Assembly (NCBI GenBank): GCA_964359655.1
Contig: CAYHVI010000001.1
Coordinates: 3,164 to 67,163, forward strand
Length of the DNA stretch: 64,000 bases
Reading direction: 5' to 3'
Source of the DNA: an uncultured Candidatus Saccharibacteria bacterium
GTDB taxonomy: Bacteria > Patescibacteriota > Minisyncoccia > Minisyncoccales > UBA10102
Shown: one piece after another, positions 54,776 through 63,406 of the stretch
How the letters are laid out: every line of letters begins with the position of its first letter
How positions within the stretch are numbered: the stretch's first letter is position 1
Translations under genes and position numbers: made by a program
Notes under the pieces: model-generated
Told to the model about the DNA's origin: nothing
The model's database searches: none
What the model saw: only the letters and a program-made list of their open reading frames with translations

Positions 54776-55712
54776 GAAGGTCGAACACTCCTTCTGGTGC
54801 TATTTTGCCTGTTTTAAGGTTTTTATCGAGGAGAAACAGTTTTTCGTACAGAGCCTTGAGCTCTTGCAAAGAGAAGTTCTGCGCGACTCGCAATCCTTTC
54901 TTGAGTATGTAGGGATGCAGTTTTGTTTTCTGCAGCATTGCCGCCAAGGAAAGTTTTCTCTCTACTAAATCTTGAATCTGCAGAATGGTTCTGAATTGAT
55001 AGACAAACATACTAAACAAATAGTAAGGCGAATCGCCCTTTTGCAAATGATCATAGAGTAAACGAAAGGCCTGCTTTTTGTTTTTTTGGGCAGCAGCTTC
55101 AATGGTCGAGAACACGTCGGCCTCTGCGCGTGAGGGTACGAGAAGCGCAATATCCGACTCTAACACCTGCGAATCTGTCGAGGACCCCTTCCATGCTGCA
55201 ATTTTTTTAATTTCGCAAGAAAGCTGCCAAAGATTGTTGCCCACTGCCCGGGCCAACATCTCTCGGACGCGCGAAGTTGCCTTGAGATGATAACGCAAAA
55301 ACTCCTGCTCGATCCACGCCTTTAATTGCGCAGGAGGAAGGAGCACAAATTCCTGATGCTTGGCGTTCTTGCAAAGCCACTGATAAAATTTGTTTGTGCC
55401 CTTTGCCTTGATCTCTTCTCGCTCAAACAAAACAACAATGTGGCGTGCGCTTTCTGCCAATTGTTTTCTTCTTTCAAACAGAAATTCCTCAAACTCCTTT
55501 TTTACAAACACATTTTGGAAAATCAGCAACTTTTTGGATTCAAACAGCGAAATGGTCTCTAAAGCATTTTTTGCGTCTTCTACATTTGCCTCCGCGCAAT
55601 CAAACTCTGTAATATGAACCGCACCAAAGTATGTTGTCTGATACTTTGCTTGAATCTCTTTGAGTTTTTGTCGCGCCCGATAGGTATCTGCACCGTGAAG
55701 AAATAAGATCAT
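54759..55712 (-). CDS. holA: DNA polymerase III subunit delta
   Basis: LFLHGADTY, SLF motif, GNNLWQLSCEIKK, DKNLKTG. Confidence 0.9.
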   Translation of the reverse strand: MILFLHGADTYRARQKLKEIQAKYQTTYFGAVHITEFDCAEANVEDAKNALETISLFESKKLLIFQNVFVKKEFEEFLFERRKQLAESARHIVVLFEREEIKAKGTNKFYQWLCKNAKHQEFVLLPPAQLKAWIEQEFLRYHLKATSRVREMLARAVGNNLWQLSCEIKKIAAWKGSSTDSQVLESDIALLVPSRAEADVFSTIEAAAQKNKKQAFRLLYDHLQKGDSPYYLFSMFVYQFRTILQIQDLVERKLSLAAMLQKTKLHPYILKKGLRVAQNFSLQELKALYEKLFLLDKNLKTGKIAPEGVFDLLIAQL

Positions 55713-56101
55713 TGAGCTTCTTTGCTCTTTTTTGACATCTCTAAAGCAGCTTTGATCCTGTCTACAATCTCCCCTGGCGTGAAATGCGCCTTAATGAGAT
55801 AATCTTCTGCCCCCAAATCCATTCCTTTTTGCACATCGTCTCTTTGACCGAGGTTAGAGAGAATAATAACAGGTATGGATGCCAAGTTCGGATCTTTCTT
55901 CATGCGACTCAAAACCTCAAATCCATCAATGCCTGGCAAGATAAGATCGAGCAACACGAGATCTGGCTTTTCTTTTTTCATTTTTAAAAGCCCTTCTTCT
56001 CCTTCCGGAGCCTCTGTAACCTCGTACCCTTCCTTTCCTAACTTCTGGATAATGAGCTCTCGCAGAAACTTATCGTCTTCGATGAGTAAAATTTTGTACA
56101 T
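55709..56101 (-). CDS. Stand-alone response regulator receiver
   Basis: ILLIEDD, PDLVLLDLILP, ILSN, YLIK. Confidence 0.93.
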   Translation of the reverse strand: MYKILLIEDDKFLRELIIQKLGKEGYEVTEAPEGEEGLLKMKKEKPDLVLLDLILPGIDGFEVLSRMKKDPNLASIPVIILSNLGQRDDVQKGMDLGAEDYLIKAHFTPGEIVDRIKAALEMSKKSKEAQ

Positions 56102-56113
56102 ACACGTGAAATA

Positions 56114-56488
56114 TTATTGTGCTTGACCAATCTGCCGCCGTACTTTTTCTAACACTTCTTGAGGATCAAACTCTGTTTTAATCAACCAGTCGCGAACTCC
56201 CGCTTCCTTTGCTTTTTCAATCTCCGTGGGCTGGCCCGAGTTTGAAATAATAATCACCGGGATTTTTCTCAACTCCTCGTCTTTCCTGATCTCTGACAAT
56301 ACTTCAAAGCCATTCAATCGCGGAAGCACAATGTCTAAAAGCACTAAGTCGGGCTGTTCCTCCCTCATTTGTTTTAAGGCCGCTTCCCCATCCTTTGCCA
56401 CAAACGCATAATAGCCGTCTCCCCTTAGCTTCTTTTGCAGCAAGTCGCCGATCAACTGCTCGTCTTCCACAATGAGAACCTTCTTCAT
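56114..56488 (-). CDS. Stand-alone response regulator receiver
   Basis: VLIVEDE, PDLVLLDIVLP, IISN, WLIK. Confidence 0.93.
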   Translation of the reverse strand: MKKVLIVEDEQLIGDLLQKKLRGDGYYAFVAKDGEAALKQMREEQPDLVLLDIVLPRLNGFEVLSEIRKDEELRKIPVIIISNSGQPTEIEKAKEAGVRDWLIKTEFDPQEVLEKVRRQIGQAQ

Positions 56489-56531
56489 GCCCTTATTCTA
56501 TCCTATCTCGTTTCTTCCAGCAAGAGAAGGC

Positions 56532-58769
56532 TCAAAAGAGAACTTTTTCCACACCATCCCAGTTTTTTCCTTTTTTCACATCCACTTGTAAGGGTACTTT
56601 GAGCACCAAGATTTTTTCCATGAGCAGCTTGATGGGGCGACTCCTTGCCTCCACTATACCATCTGCAATTTCAAACAACAACTCGTCATGAATCTGCAAG
56701 AGCATGCGTACTTCCTCTTTTGGCGGAGCGAGCTCTTGTTGGATTTTCACCATTGCCATTTTCACTAGGTCTGCAAGACTCCCTTGAATGGGGTGATTCT
56801 GCGCCATGCGTTCTGCCGCGGCGCGCAACTGGGGCGTGCTTGAGTTCACTTCCGGAAGGTATCTCCGCCTTCCAAACATGGTTTCCACATAGCTATGAGT
56901 TCTCGCAAACTCCTTGGTTTTTTCCATATACTCATAGATTTTCGGGAAACGAACAAAGTACTGTTCAATAAAGTCGCGGGCTTTGTCTATAGGAATTCCG
57001 GCAGACTTGGCAAACCCTTGAGCGCCCATGCCGTAGAGCACTCCAAAGTTTAGCGCCTTTGCGGAAAATCGCATCTCGTCAGTCACTTCTTTACTTAAAA
57101 CTCCGAACACCGAGGCAGCCGTCATCTTATGAATATCCTCGCCTGCCTGAAAAAATGAGCGCATCTGCTCATCGCCCGACAAATGGGCAGCAATACGCAG
57201 CTCCATTTGAGAGTAATCAAAAGAAACCAAGGAAAACCCTTTTTCTGCAATAAATCCCCGCCGAATGCGCCTTCCCCATTCCCCCTGTTTGGGAATATTC
57301 TGCAGATTGGGTTGGACAGAAGAGATGCGGCCTGTTGCAGTCCCCAACTGGTCAAAATGGGTATGCACTCTGTCTTTCTCGTCAGCAAGCAAAGGAAGCG
57401 GCCTTGCATACGTGGTGAGAAGCTTTTGAATTTCACGATACTTGAAAAGTTCTTCCACCACTGGATGGCTTTCTCGAAGTTTTTCTAATTCAGGCGAGGC
57501 AGTAGAAATTACGCCTTTTGGAGTTTTTTTCAATCCTTTCACCGGAAGCGCCAAATCTCCAAATAATACTTCAGACAGCTGCTGGGTTGAATTGATATTA
57601 AACTCTTTGCCTGCGTGCTCGTGGATCTTTTCTTTCAAAACATTCAGCGCCCCTTCCATCTCTCGAGAAAGTTTTCCAAAGTATGGTCTGTCGATTTTAA
57701 TCCCGATTTCTTCCATAGTACGCAATATGGGTACCAACTGCTTCTCTAATTTGTAGATTTCCTCTGAAAATACCTGCTCTGCATACAGTTGTTCAATTTT
57801 TTCGAGGGTCATATCGCGTGCGTTTTGTCCTTCAACAATCACAAGCTGCCCCTTTTCTCGAACTTGAACTTTCTTTCTGTCCAATCGCCCCAAGAGCGAC
57901 TGAAATCCAAAACGTTCCAGAACTTCTGTTATTTTTGAAAAATCCTCTTGCCACTCCAAATCTGGCAACCGAAAATCAATGGGCGTGTTTTTTTCAATTG
58001 TTGCCAATTGTTGACTTAAAAATGCTTGATCTTTGTAGTCTTTGAGCAGCTGGAGAATTCGTGGCTTTATTTTCTTTTCTGCCTCTCCACTCTCGAGCGC
58101 AGCATACAGAACCTCCAGAGAATCAAACATATTGAGCAACTCGATCGCGGTTTTCTCGCCAATTCCGGTAACTCCCGGAATATTATCTGAAGGATCTCCG
58201 CGCAACGCTTTGTAATCAATAATTTGTGCAGGCTTTAAACCTCCAAACTTTTTCTCCACTGCTTTCTCGTCATACAGCACTGTGTCTTGAATACCCTTGC
58301 GCATAGTGTACACCCTTGTTTTTTCGTTGATCAATTGAAACGCGTCCTGGTCTCCAGAAACAATAATAATTTCCATTGGAGGATGAACTTGTCTCTGTCC
58401 AGCTAATTTTGCAACAGTTCCTATACAGTCGTCAGCCTCAAATCCTTGCTTTTCATAGGTTGGGATACCGAGCTCTGCGAGCGCTTCTTTCACCAAAGGA
58501 ATTTGCGCATACAATTCATCGGGCGCTTTTGCCCTTTTTGCTTTGTATGCCGCGAATTTCTTTTCTCTCTCGGTTGGTCCTGGCGTATCAAAGGCAGCTG
58601 CGATGTAGTCTGGTTTGAATTCTTTTAACACCTTAAAAAACACCAGAAAAAATCCGTATACCGCATTCACCATTTCTCCTTTGGCCGTGCTCAAAGGCGG
58701 CAAAGCATGATACGCTCTGTGAATCAAAGAATTTGCGTCAATAATCAAAAGTGTTTTCTTCTCTGGCAT
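56532..58769 (-). CDS. polA: DNA polymerase I (5'-3' exonuclease plus polymerase; proofreading domain apparently deleted)
   Basis: IDANSLIHRAYHA, GDPSDNIPGV, TGRISS, DYSQMELR, KALNFGVLYG, QIHDE. Confidence 0.96.
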   Translation of the reverse strand: MPEKKTLLIIDANSLIHRAYHALPPLSTAKGEMVNAVYGFFLVFFKVLKEFKPDYIAAAFDTPGPTEREKKFAAYKAKRAKAPDELYAQIPLVKEALAELGIPTYEKQGFEADDCIGTVAKLAGQRQVHPPMEIIIVSGDQDAFQLINEKTRVYTMRKGIQDTVLYDEKAVEKKFGGLKPAQIIDYKALRGDPSDNIPGVTGIGEKTAIELLNMFDSLEVLYAALESGEAEKKIKPRILQLLKDYKDQAFLSQQLATIEKNTPIDFRLPDLEWQEDFSKITEVLERFGFQSLLGRLDRKKVQVREKGQLVIVEGQNARDMTLEKIEQLYAEQVFSEEIYKLEKQLVPILRTMEEIGIKIDRPYFGKLSREMEGALNVLKEKIHEHAGKEFNINSTQQLSEVLFGDLALPVKGLKKTPKGVISTASPELEKLRESHPVVEELFKYREIQKLLTTYARPLPLLADEKDRVHTHFDQLGTATGRISSVQPNLQNIPKQGEWGRRIRRGFIAEKGFSLVSFDYSQMELRIAAHLSGDEQMRSFFQAGEDIHKMTAASVFGVLSKEVTDEMRFSAKALNFGVLYGMGAQGFAKSAGIPIDKARDFIEQYFVRFPKIYEYMEKTKEFARTHSYVETMFGRRRYLPEVNSSTPQLRAAAERMAQNHPIQGSLADLVKMAMVKIQQELAPPKEEVRMLLQIHDELLFEIADGIVEARSRPIKLLMEKILVLKVPLQVDVKKGKNWDGVEKVLF

Positions 58770-58789
58770 AGTTTATTAATAGTAACACA

Positions 58790-59215
58790 CTACCCGTTTT
58801 CGATATTTACCATGTAGGTTTCGAGAAATTTCTGGATTGCCTGAATGGTTGCATCTTTCACTTTTGGATTACTTTGAGCAACCCAAACTGCAAAATTGTA
58901 CAGTTCTTGGTTATCCAGCTTGATCCATTTTTTGTTTTTATACAAAAGAAAGAGAAGTGTTGTAACAGCAATGCGTTTGTTCCCATTTTGAAAAGGGTGA
59001 TTTTTAATCATCAAGTAAAAAAGAACAGAGGCTTTTGCTACAAGCCCTTTATACGCCGCTTTCCCACTAAACGATTGAAATGGGGCGCCAAGACAACTTT
59101 CAAGAACATTTGGAAATCGAGTAGAAAAATCGGGAATGGGTTCATCCCATGCCATCGATTCTTGTGCCAATCGGTGAGCAACATATTCAACCTCTTGAAC
59201 CATCAATTGCTTCAT
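58790..59215 (-). CDS. Doc-type Fic family toxin
   Basis: HPFQNGNKR Fic/Doc motif. Confidence 0.9.
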   Translation of the reverse strand: MKQLMVQEVEYVAHRLAQESMAWDEPIPDFSTRFPNVLESCLGAPFQSFSGKAAYKGLVAKASVLFYLMIKNHPFQNGNKRIAVTTLLFLLYKNKKWIKLDNQELYNFAVWVAQSNPKVKDATIQAIQKFLETYMVNIENG

Positions 59216-59466
59216 TCTCTTCCCAAAAGTCGGAGTGCTTCCCCATATTCATGCACCGTCTTCTCTACCGCTTCGGCAATAACCCTTTTCCCGTCTTTGG
59301 TAAGCTGTCCACTTATTTCAACGGGGAGATCGGCTTTTCTAATAATATAATTACGCCCAATTTTTTGAGCTTTAATCTCTCCCGACTTAATCTTCTTGAA
59401 AATCGCTATACGGCTAACCCTAAGGAGCTTTGCAACTTCGCTTGTAGTGAAAATATCCTTTCCCAT
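59212..59466 (-). CDS. Excisionase-like HTH (HTH_17) protein, putative antitoxin
   Basis: FTTSEVAKLLRVSR...IKAQKIGRNY; C-term YGEALRLL; ATGA overlap with the toxin gene. Confidence 0.8.
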   Translation of the reverse strand: MGKDIFTTSEVAKLLRVSRIAIFKKIKSGEIKAQKIGRNYIIRKADLPVEISGQLTKDGKRVIAEAVEKTVHEYGEALRLLGRE

Positions 59467-59484
59467 TACCTTAGCATATCGCTT

Positions 59485-59519
59485 GTTAACCCACTTGTCA
59501 ACGGTTAACCTATGTTAAC
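59485..59519. promoter_or_regulatory. Putative TA operator: repeated GTTAAC palindromes around the -35
   Basis: GTTAAC at 59485, 59504 and 59514; GTCAAC at 59497. Confidence 0.55.
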
Positions 59520-59538
59520 TGCGGTGGGATTTGTACCT

Positions 59539-60042
59539 CTACAAAAAAGAAATTCTACGTTCGTTTTCTTTTGTGATTTCAAAAGAGATGGAAACTGTGT
59601 CTTTTGGAAGGATTTTTTGTATTCGCTCTGGCCATTCAATGAGGATTAAATTTTGAGGGTCGGACACAATCTTGTCCCATCCGAGCGAAAGAAGATCTTG
59701 TTCGTCTTTGATTCGGTAGCAATCAATGTGATACAAACACCCAAAATCCGAATATCGAATATCGAAATTCGAAACGTGTTTGGCTTTTCGTTTTGTTTCG
59801 GATTTCGTGCTTCGGATTTCGTATTTTTTGATAATAACAAATGTGGGAGAAAGAATTTTTTCTTGAATACCCAAACCTCGAGCAAATCCTTGTACAAAGG
59901 TAGTTTTTCCGCTACCTAAATTGCCCTTTAACCCAACGACAAGTGCATCTTTACACTTTCTATGATGCTCAAGTATATCGCAAGCAAACTTTCCTGCAAA
60001 ATGTTGTGTTTCTTTCGCAGAGGAACTTAAAAGAGTCTTCAT
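59539..60042 (-). CDS. tsaE: tRNA t6A biosynthesis ATPase
   Basis: GNLGSGKTT, SPTF, HIDCYR, IEWPE. Confidence 0.95.
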   Translation of the reverse strand: MKTLLSSSAKETQHFAGKFACDILEHHRKCKDALVVGLKGNLGSGKTTFVQGFARGLGIQEKILSPTFVIIKKYEIRSTKSETKRKAKHVSNFDIRYSDFGCLYHIDCYRIKDEQDLLSLGWDKIVSDPQNLILIEWPERIQKILPKDTVSISFEITKENERRISFL

Positions 60043-60093
60043 ATCCCAGAATACATCTTTGACTTTTCTCTATAGATTAGCTACGGTGAAACC

Positions 60094-60891
60094 ATGAATG
60101 TAGCGCAGCTTCTTGAAAAATCAAAAACTATTTCTCTTGTTCTTCCTTTTGGAGCTCAACAAAGCGACACGCAAACAGCATTTTTGCTTGCGTGTGGTTT
60201 GAAGAAACTCGGCAAGCAGGTTTCTATTGAACATATCCAAACACCTCTCTTGGCCTCCTCTTTGAAAGAAAAAACTTTTGTTGTTTCTCTCAAGGGGCTT
60301 GCTCCCTGGATTGCGAGAGTGCGCTATGAAAAGGATGCCCAGGATCTTAAGCTTTATTTTACCTTAAACCAAGGAGAAGTTTCTCCAGAAGCTCTTTCTT
60401 TTCAAATGCAGGACCAAGCAGATCTTACTATTATTGTAGGAGATAAAGCTCTCCAAAACAATAACAGCCAACCCTTATCTGCGACCGTGCTTTCAGCAAG
60501 TGAAACGAAAGAACCGTTGCTCAACCTTCTTTGCTCTCAAGAAAACCCGCAGACAAAACTTTTGGGAGCAATCTTATCAAACCTCGAATACATTTCTCAT
60601 TTAGATACCCACCTTACTATTCTCCGTCAGGAAAATCTCCGGAACATACGCGTAGAATCGAAAAACCTTCCTCTTTTAGTCCCTGAATTACGAGAAAGTT
60701 TTGGTGATCAATGCTCATATCTTTTCCTTCTTGGCTCTCTTTTGGGGGCACAGGGCGTTCTATGGAGTCCTTCACCACAACTTAGAGCAAAGGTTCGCGA
60801 TATTGCCGGAGGGCAACAAAAAGGACCTTGGGTTCTCCTCCATCCCACTCCTTTATCAAGTGAACAACTTAAATATGCCTTCCTCTCCTAA
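60094..60891 (+). CDS. Hypothetical protein, possibly a degenerate DHH-family phosphoesterase
   Basis: LACGLKKLGKQV and DLTIIVG resemble the DHH scaffold, but no DHH motif is present. Confidence 0.55.
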   Translation: MNVAQLLEKSKTISLVLPFGAQQSDTQTAFLLACGLKKLGKQVSIEHIQTPLLASSLKEKTFVVSLKGLAPWIARVRYEKDAQDLKLYFTLNQGEVSPEALSFQMQDQADLTIIVGDKALQNNNSQPLSATVLSASETKEPLLNLLCSQENPQTKLLGAILSNLEYISHLDTHLTILRQENLRNIRVESKNLPLLVPELRESFGDQCSYLFLLGSLLGAQGVLWSPSPQLRAKVRDIAGGQQKGPWVLLHPTPLSSEQLKYAFLS

Positions 60892-62224
60892 CTCCATCTT
60901 CCAAGCAACTGAAGAAAAAGGGCGAGAACAGCTTACCGGGCAAATCCAAATTCCTTCTTCTTTGGTCAAAGAAGTGCGTGCCGCCGTGCAGAACCTTGCC
61001 CAACTCAAGGAAAAACTTACGGGAGTGGCGCCAGAGGGAGTTACGAATTTCTTGCATATCTTATTGATTGCGAGTCTATCTCTTCAAGCCTCTGACGCGC
61101 ATATTGAACCAGAAGAAGACGAAGCAAAAATTAGACTTCGCATTGACGGACTCCTTCACGATTTAATCAACCTTTCTCTTCCTGTCTACGAAGCTCTACT
61201 TTCGCGCATTAAGCTTACATCTCGGATCAAGCTCAATATTTCAGATAAGCCGCAAGATGGAAGGTTTTCTTTTATTCTTGGAGAGGACCTCGTGGAGGCG
61301 CGCGTTGCCACACTTCCCGCAGAATACGGAGAAGCTGTGGTGCTCCGCGTGCTCAACCCTAAAAACTTAATTGAATTGGGCGCATTAGGCTTGCGGCCAG
61401 AAATTCTCCAGACCATAAGAAAAGAGCTCCAGAGGCCCAATGGCATGATAGCTGCGACCGGCCCCACAGGCTCTGGAAAAACCACAACGTTGTATGCTTT
61501 TTTAAAAGAAATTCAGAAACCGGAAATTAAAATTATCACCATTGAAGATCCTATCGAGTATCACTTGGAGGGAATTTCTCAAACCCAGGTTCATCCAGAA
61601 AAGGGATACGACTTTGCCTCGGGGCTCTCCGCAATTGTCCGCCAAGACCCTGACGCTATCTTGGTAGGAGAAATTCGCGACAAAGCAACTGCCCAAATCG
61701 CGCTTCAGGCAGCGCTCACTGGACACCTTGTACTTTCTACCCTTCATACCAACGATGCTCCAGGCACTATCTCCCGCCTCACCAGCTTGGGAGCTGAACC
61801 CCTGAATATTGGGGCAGCTTCAAACATGATTATTGGACAGCGTTTGGTTAGAAAAGTCTGCGCTCGTTGTACCATATTTACCAAAGCCACTGTCGCAGAG
61901 CTCGCGCAAATCAAAAAAGACCTTCAAAAATTAAAAGAGGCCCAGTTTTCTGCCCCTCCCCAAACCCTTAAGCTTGCGAGGCCGCAAGGTTGCGAGGAGT
62001 GCAATGCAACCGGCTACAGAGGACGGATTGGGGTGTTTGAGGTTATTATTGTGGACAGCGCCATGGAAGAATTTATTCTCCAAAAACCTTCAGCTTCTGC
62101 ACTGCGTAAGTTTGCGATAAAACAAGGAATGACTCCTATGTACCAAGATGGGCTTTTAAAAGTGATCCAGGGACTGACCACTTTAGAGGAGTTGATTCGG
62201 ATCATAGGAAAAGAAAAAACATAA
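60875..62224 (+). CDS. GspE/PulE/PilB family secretion ATPase (short N-terminus)
   Basis: ASDAHIEP, PQDGR, GPTGSGKTTT, EDPIEY, RQDPD, TGHLVLSTLH, CxxC...CxxC. Confidence 0.93.
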   Translation: MPSSPNSIFQATEEKGREQLTGQIQIPSSLVKEVRAAVQNLAQLKEKLTGVAPEGVTNFLHILLIASLSLQASDAHIEPEEDEAKIRLRIDGLLHDLINLSLPVYEALLSRIKLTSRIKLNISDKPQDGRFSFILGEDLVEARVATLPAEYGEAVVLRVLNPKNLIELGALGLRPEILQTIRKELQRPNGMIAATGPTGSGKTTTLYAFLKEIQKPEIKIITIEDPIEYHLEGISQTQVHPEKGYDFASGLSAIVRQDPDAILVGEIRDKATAQIALQAALTGHLVLSTLHTNDAPGTISRLTSLGAEPLNIGAASNMIIGQRLVRKVCARCTIFTKATVAELAQIKKDLQKLKEAQFSAPPQTLKLARPQGCEECNATGYRGRIGVFEVIIVDSAMEEFILQKPSASALRKFAIKQGMTPMYQDGLLKVIQGLTTLEELIRIIGKEKT

Positions 62225-62354
62225 TAACCCCTCCAAGCTGGGGATCATTTGGTGTTCGGAACGCAAATGTGGAGTTATCTTGAGAAATAGCTCAGCATTA
62301 CCCGTGCTACCCTTCAAATGATAATTCCAGATCCCCAGCTTGGAGGGGTTATTA
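62222..62354. repeat. 133-bp element with perfect 25-bp terminal inverted repeats
   Basis: TAATAACCCCTCCAAGCTGGGGATC 62222-62246 and its reverse complement at 62330-62354. Confidence 0.85.
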
Positions 62355-62402
62355 CCAAAGATAGGACATGTCCTATTGTTTCTTATTATAAACCACAACA
62401 AA

Positions 62403-63395
62403 ATGTTTGTCAAGAGTCTCCGAGAGGAAATATTAGACAGGAGTCTTCGTCCCCGTAGATGGGACGAGTATCTAGGACAAGAAAGGGTGAAGAGTAACCT
62501 CAAAGTTATTATTGAGGCTGCAAAAAAACGTTCAGAACCACTTGAGCACCTTCTTTTTTACGGAAGTCCAGGGCTCGGGAAAACAACCCTTGCTTATGTT
62601 ATTGCGCATGAGTTGGGCGCGCAGATAAAAACTTGCACTGGCCCGACACTGGAAAAAGCAGGCGATCTTGCCTCTCTTCTCACCAATCTGGAAGACGGAG
62701 ACATTCTCTTTTTAGATGAGTGCCATAGGATGGGAAAGTCAGTCATGGAAATGCTGTATTCGGCTTTAGAGGAGTTCCAGCTCCATCTTATCATGGGAAA
62801 GGGGCCTATGGCTCGCACCATGGATCTTGACCTTCCCCGCTTCACCCTTATTGCCGCCACCACGCGCATGGCCTTGTTGCCATCCCCTTTTCGAAATCGA
62901 TTTGGGGCAATTTTCCAACTTCAGTTCTACGCTCAAAAAGAAATTGAACAAATCCTTCGACGTTCCTCCTCGCTCTTGCAAATTCCCGTTGACGAAGATG
63001 CGCTTTCCCTCATCTCCGTACGATCACGTTACACTCCACGCATTGCAAACCGAATTCTAAAAAGAGTGCGGGACTTTGCAACGATCGAAGGATCAAGTAC
63101 AATTACAAGAGAAATCGCGCAAAAAGCTTTTGCGTTTTTGGAAATTGATGAGCTGGGGTTGGAACCTGCAGATCGGAAGATTCTCGAAACCCTTATCGTT
63201 AAGTTCCTAGGAGGACCCGTTGGAATTCAAACGTTGGCGGCAGCGGTATCAGAAGAAGAAGACACGATCTTAGACTTGTATGAACCTTACCTCCTGCAAC
63301 TCGGGCTTTTGGAAAGAACTCCGCGTGGCAGGGTTGCAACTCCCTTAGCCTGGCGCCATCTTCACTTATCTTCTTCTCAAACAGAATTACTCTAA
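62403..63395 (+). CDS. ruvB: Holliday junction helicase RuvB
   Basis: SLRPR, GSPGLGKTT, DECHR, ATTR, TPRIANR, YEPYL, RTPRGR. Confidence 0.97.
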   Translation: MFVKSLREEILDRSLRPRRWDEYLGQERVKSNLKVIIEAAKKRSEPLEHLLFYGSPGLGKTTLAYVIAHELGAQIKTCTGPTLEKAGDLASLLTNLEDGDILFLDECHRMGKSVMEMLYSALEEFQLHLIMGKGPMARTMDLDLPRFTLIAATTRMALLPSPFRNRFGAIFQLQFYAQKEIEQILRRSSSLLQIPVDEDALSLISVRSRYTPRIANRILKRVRDFATIEGSSTITREIAQKAFAFLEIDELGLEPADRKILETLIVKFLGGPVGIQTLAAAVSEEEDTILDLYEPYLLQLGLLERTPRGRVATPLAWRHLHLSSSQTELL

Positions 63396-63406
63396 TCTTA
63401 AATCTT

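Noticed and set aside
2640-62402. Long N-terminal extensions in the ORF track (tatD, xfp, M16, ileS, NUDIX, NIF3, ruvA, PilB-like, ruvB)
   Set aside because: They overlap neighbours or regulatory hairpins; family N-terminal motifs point to later starts
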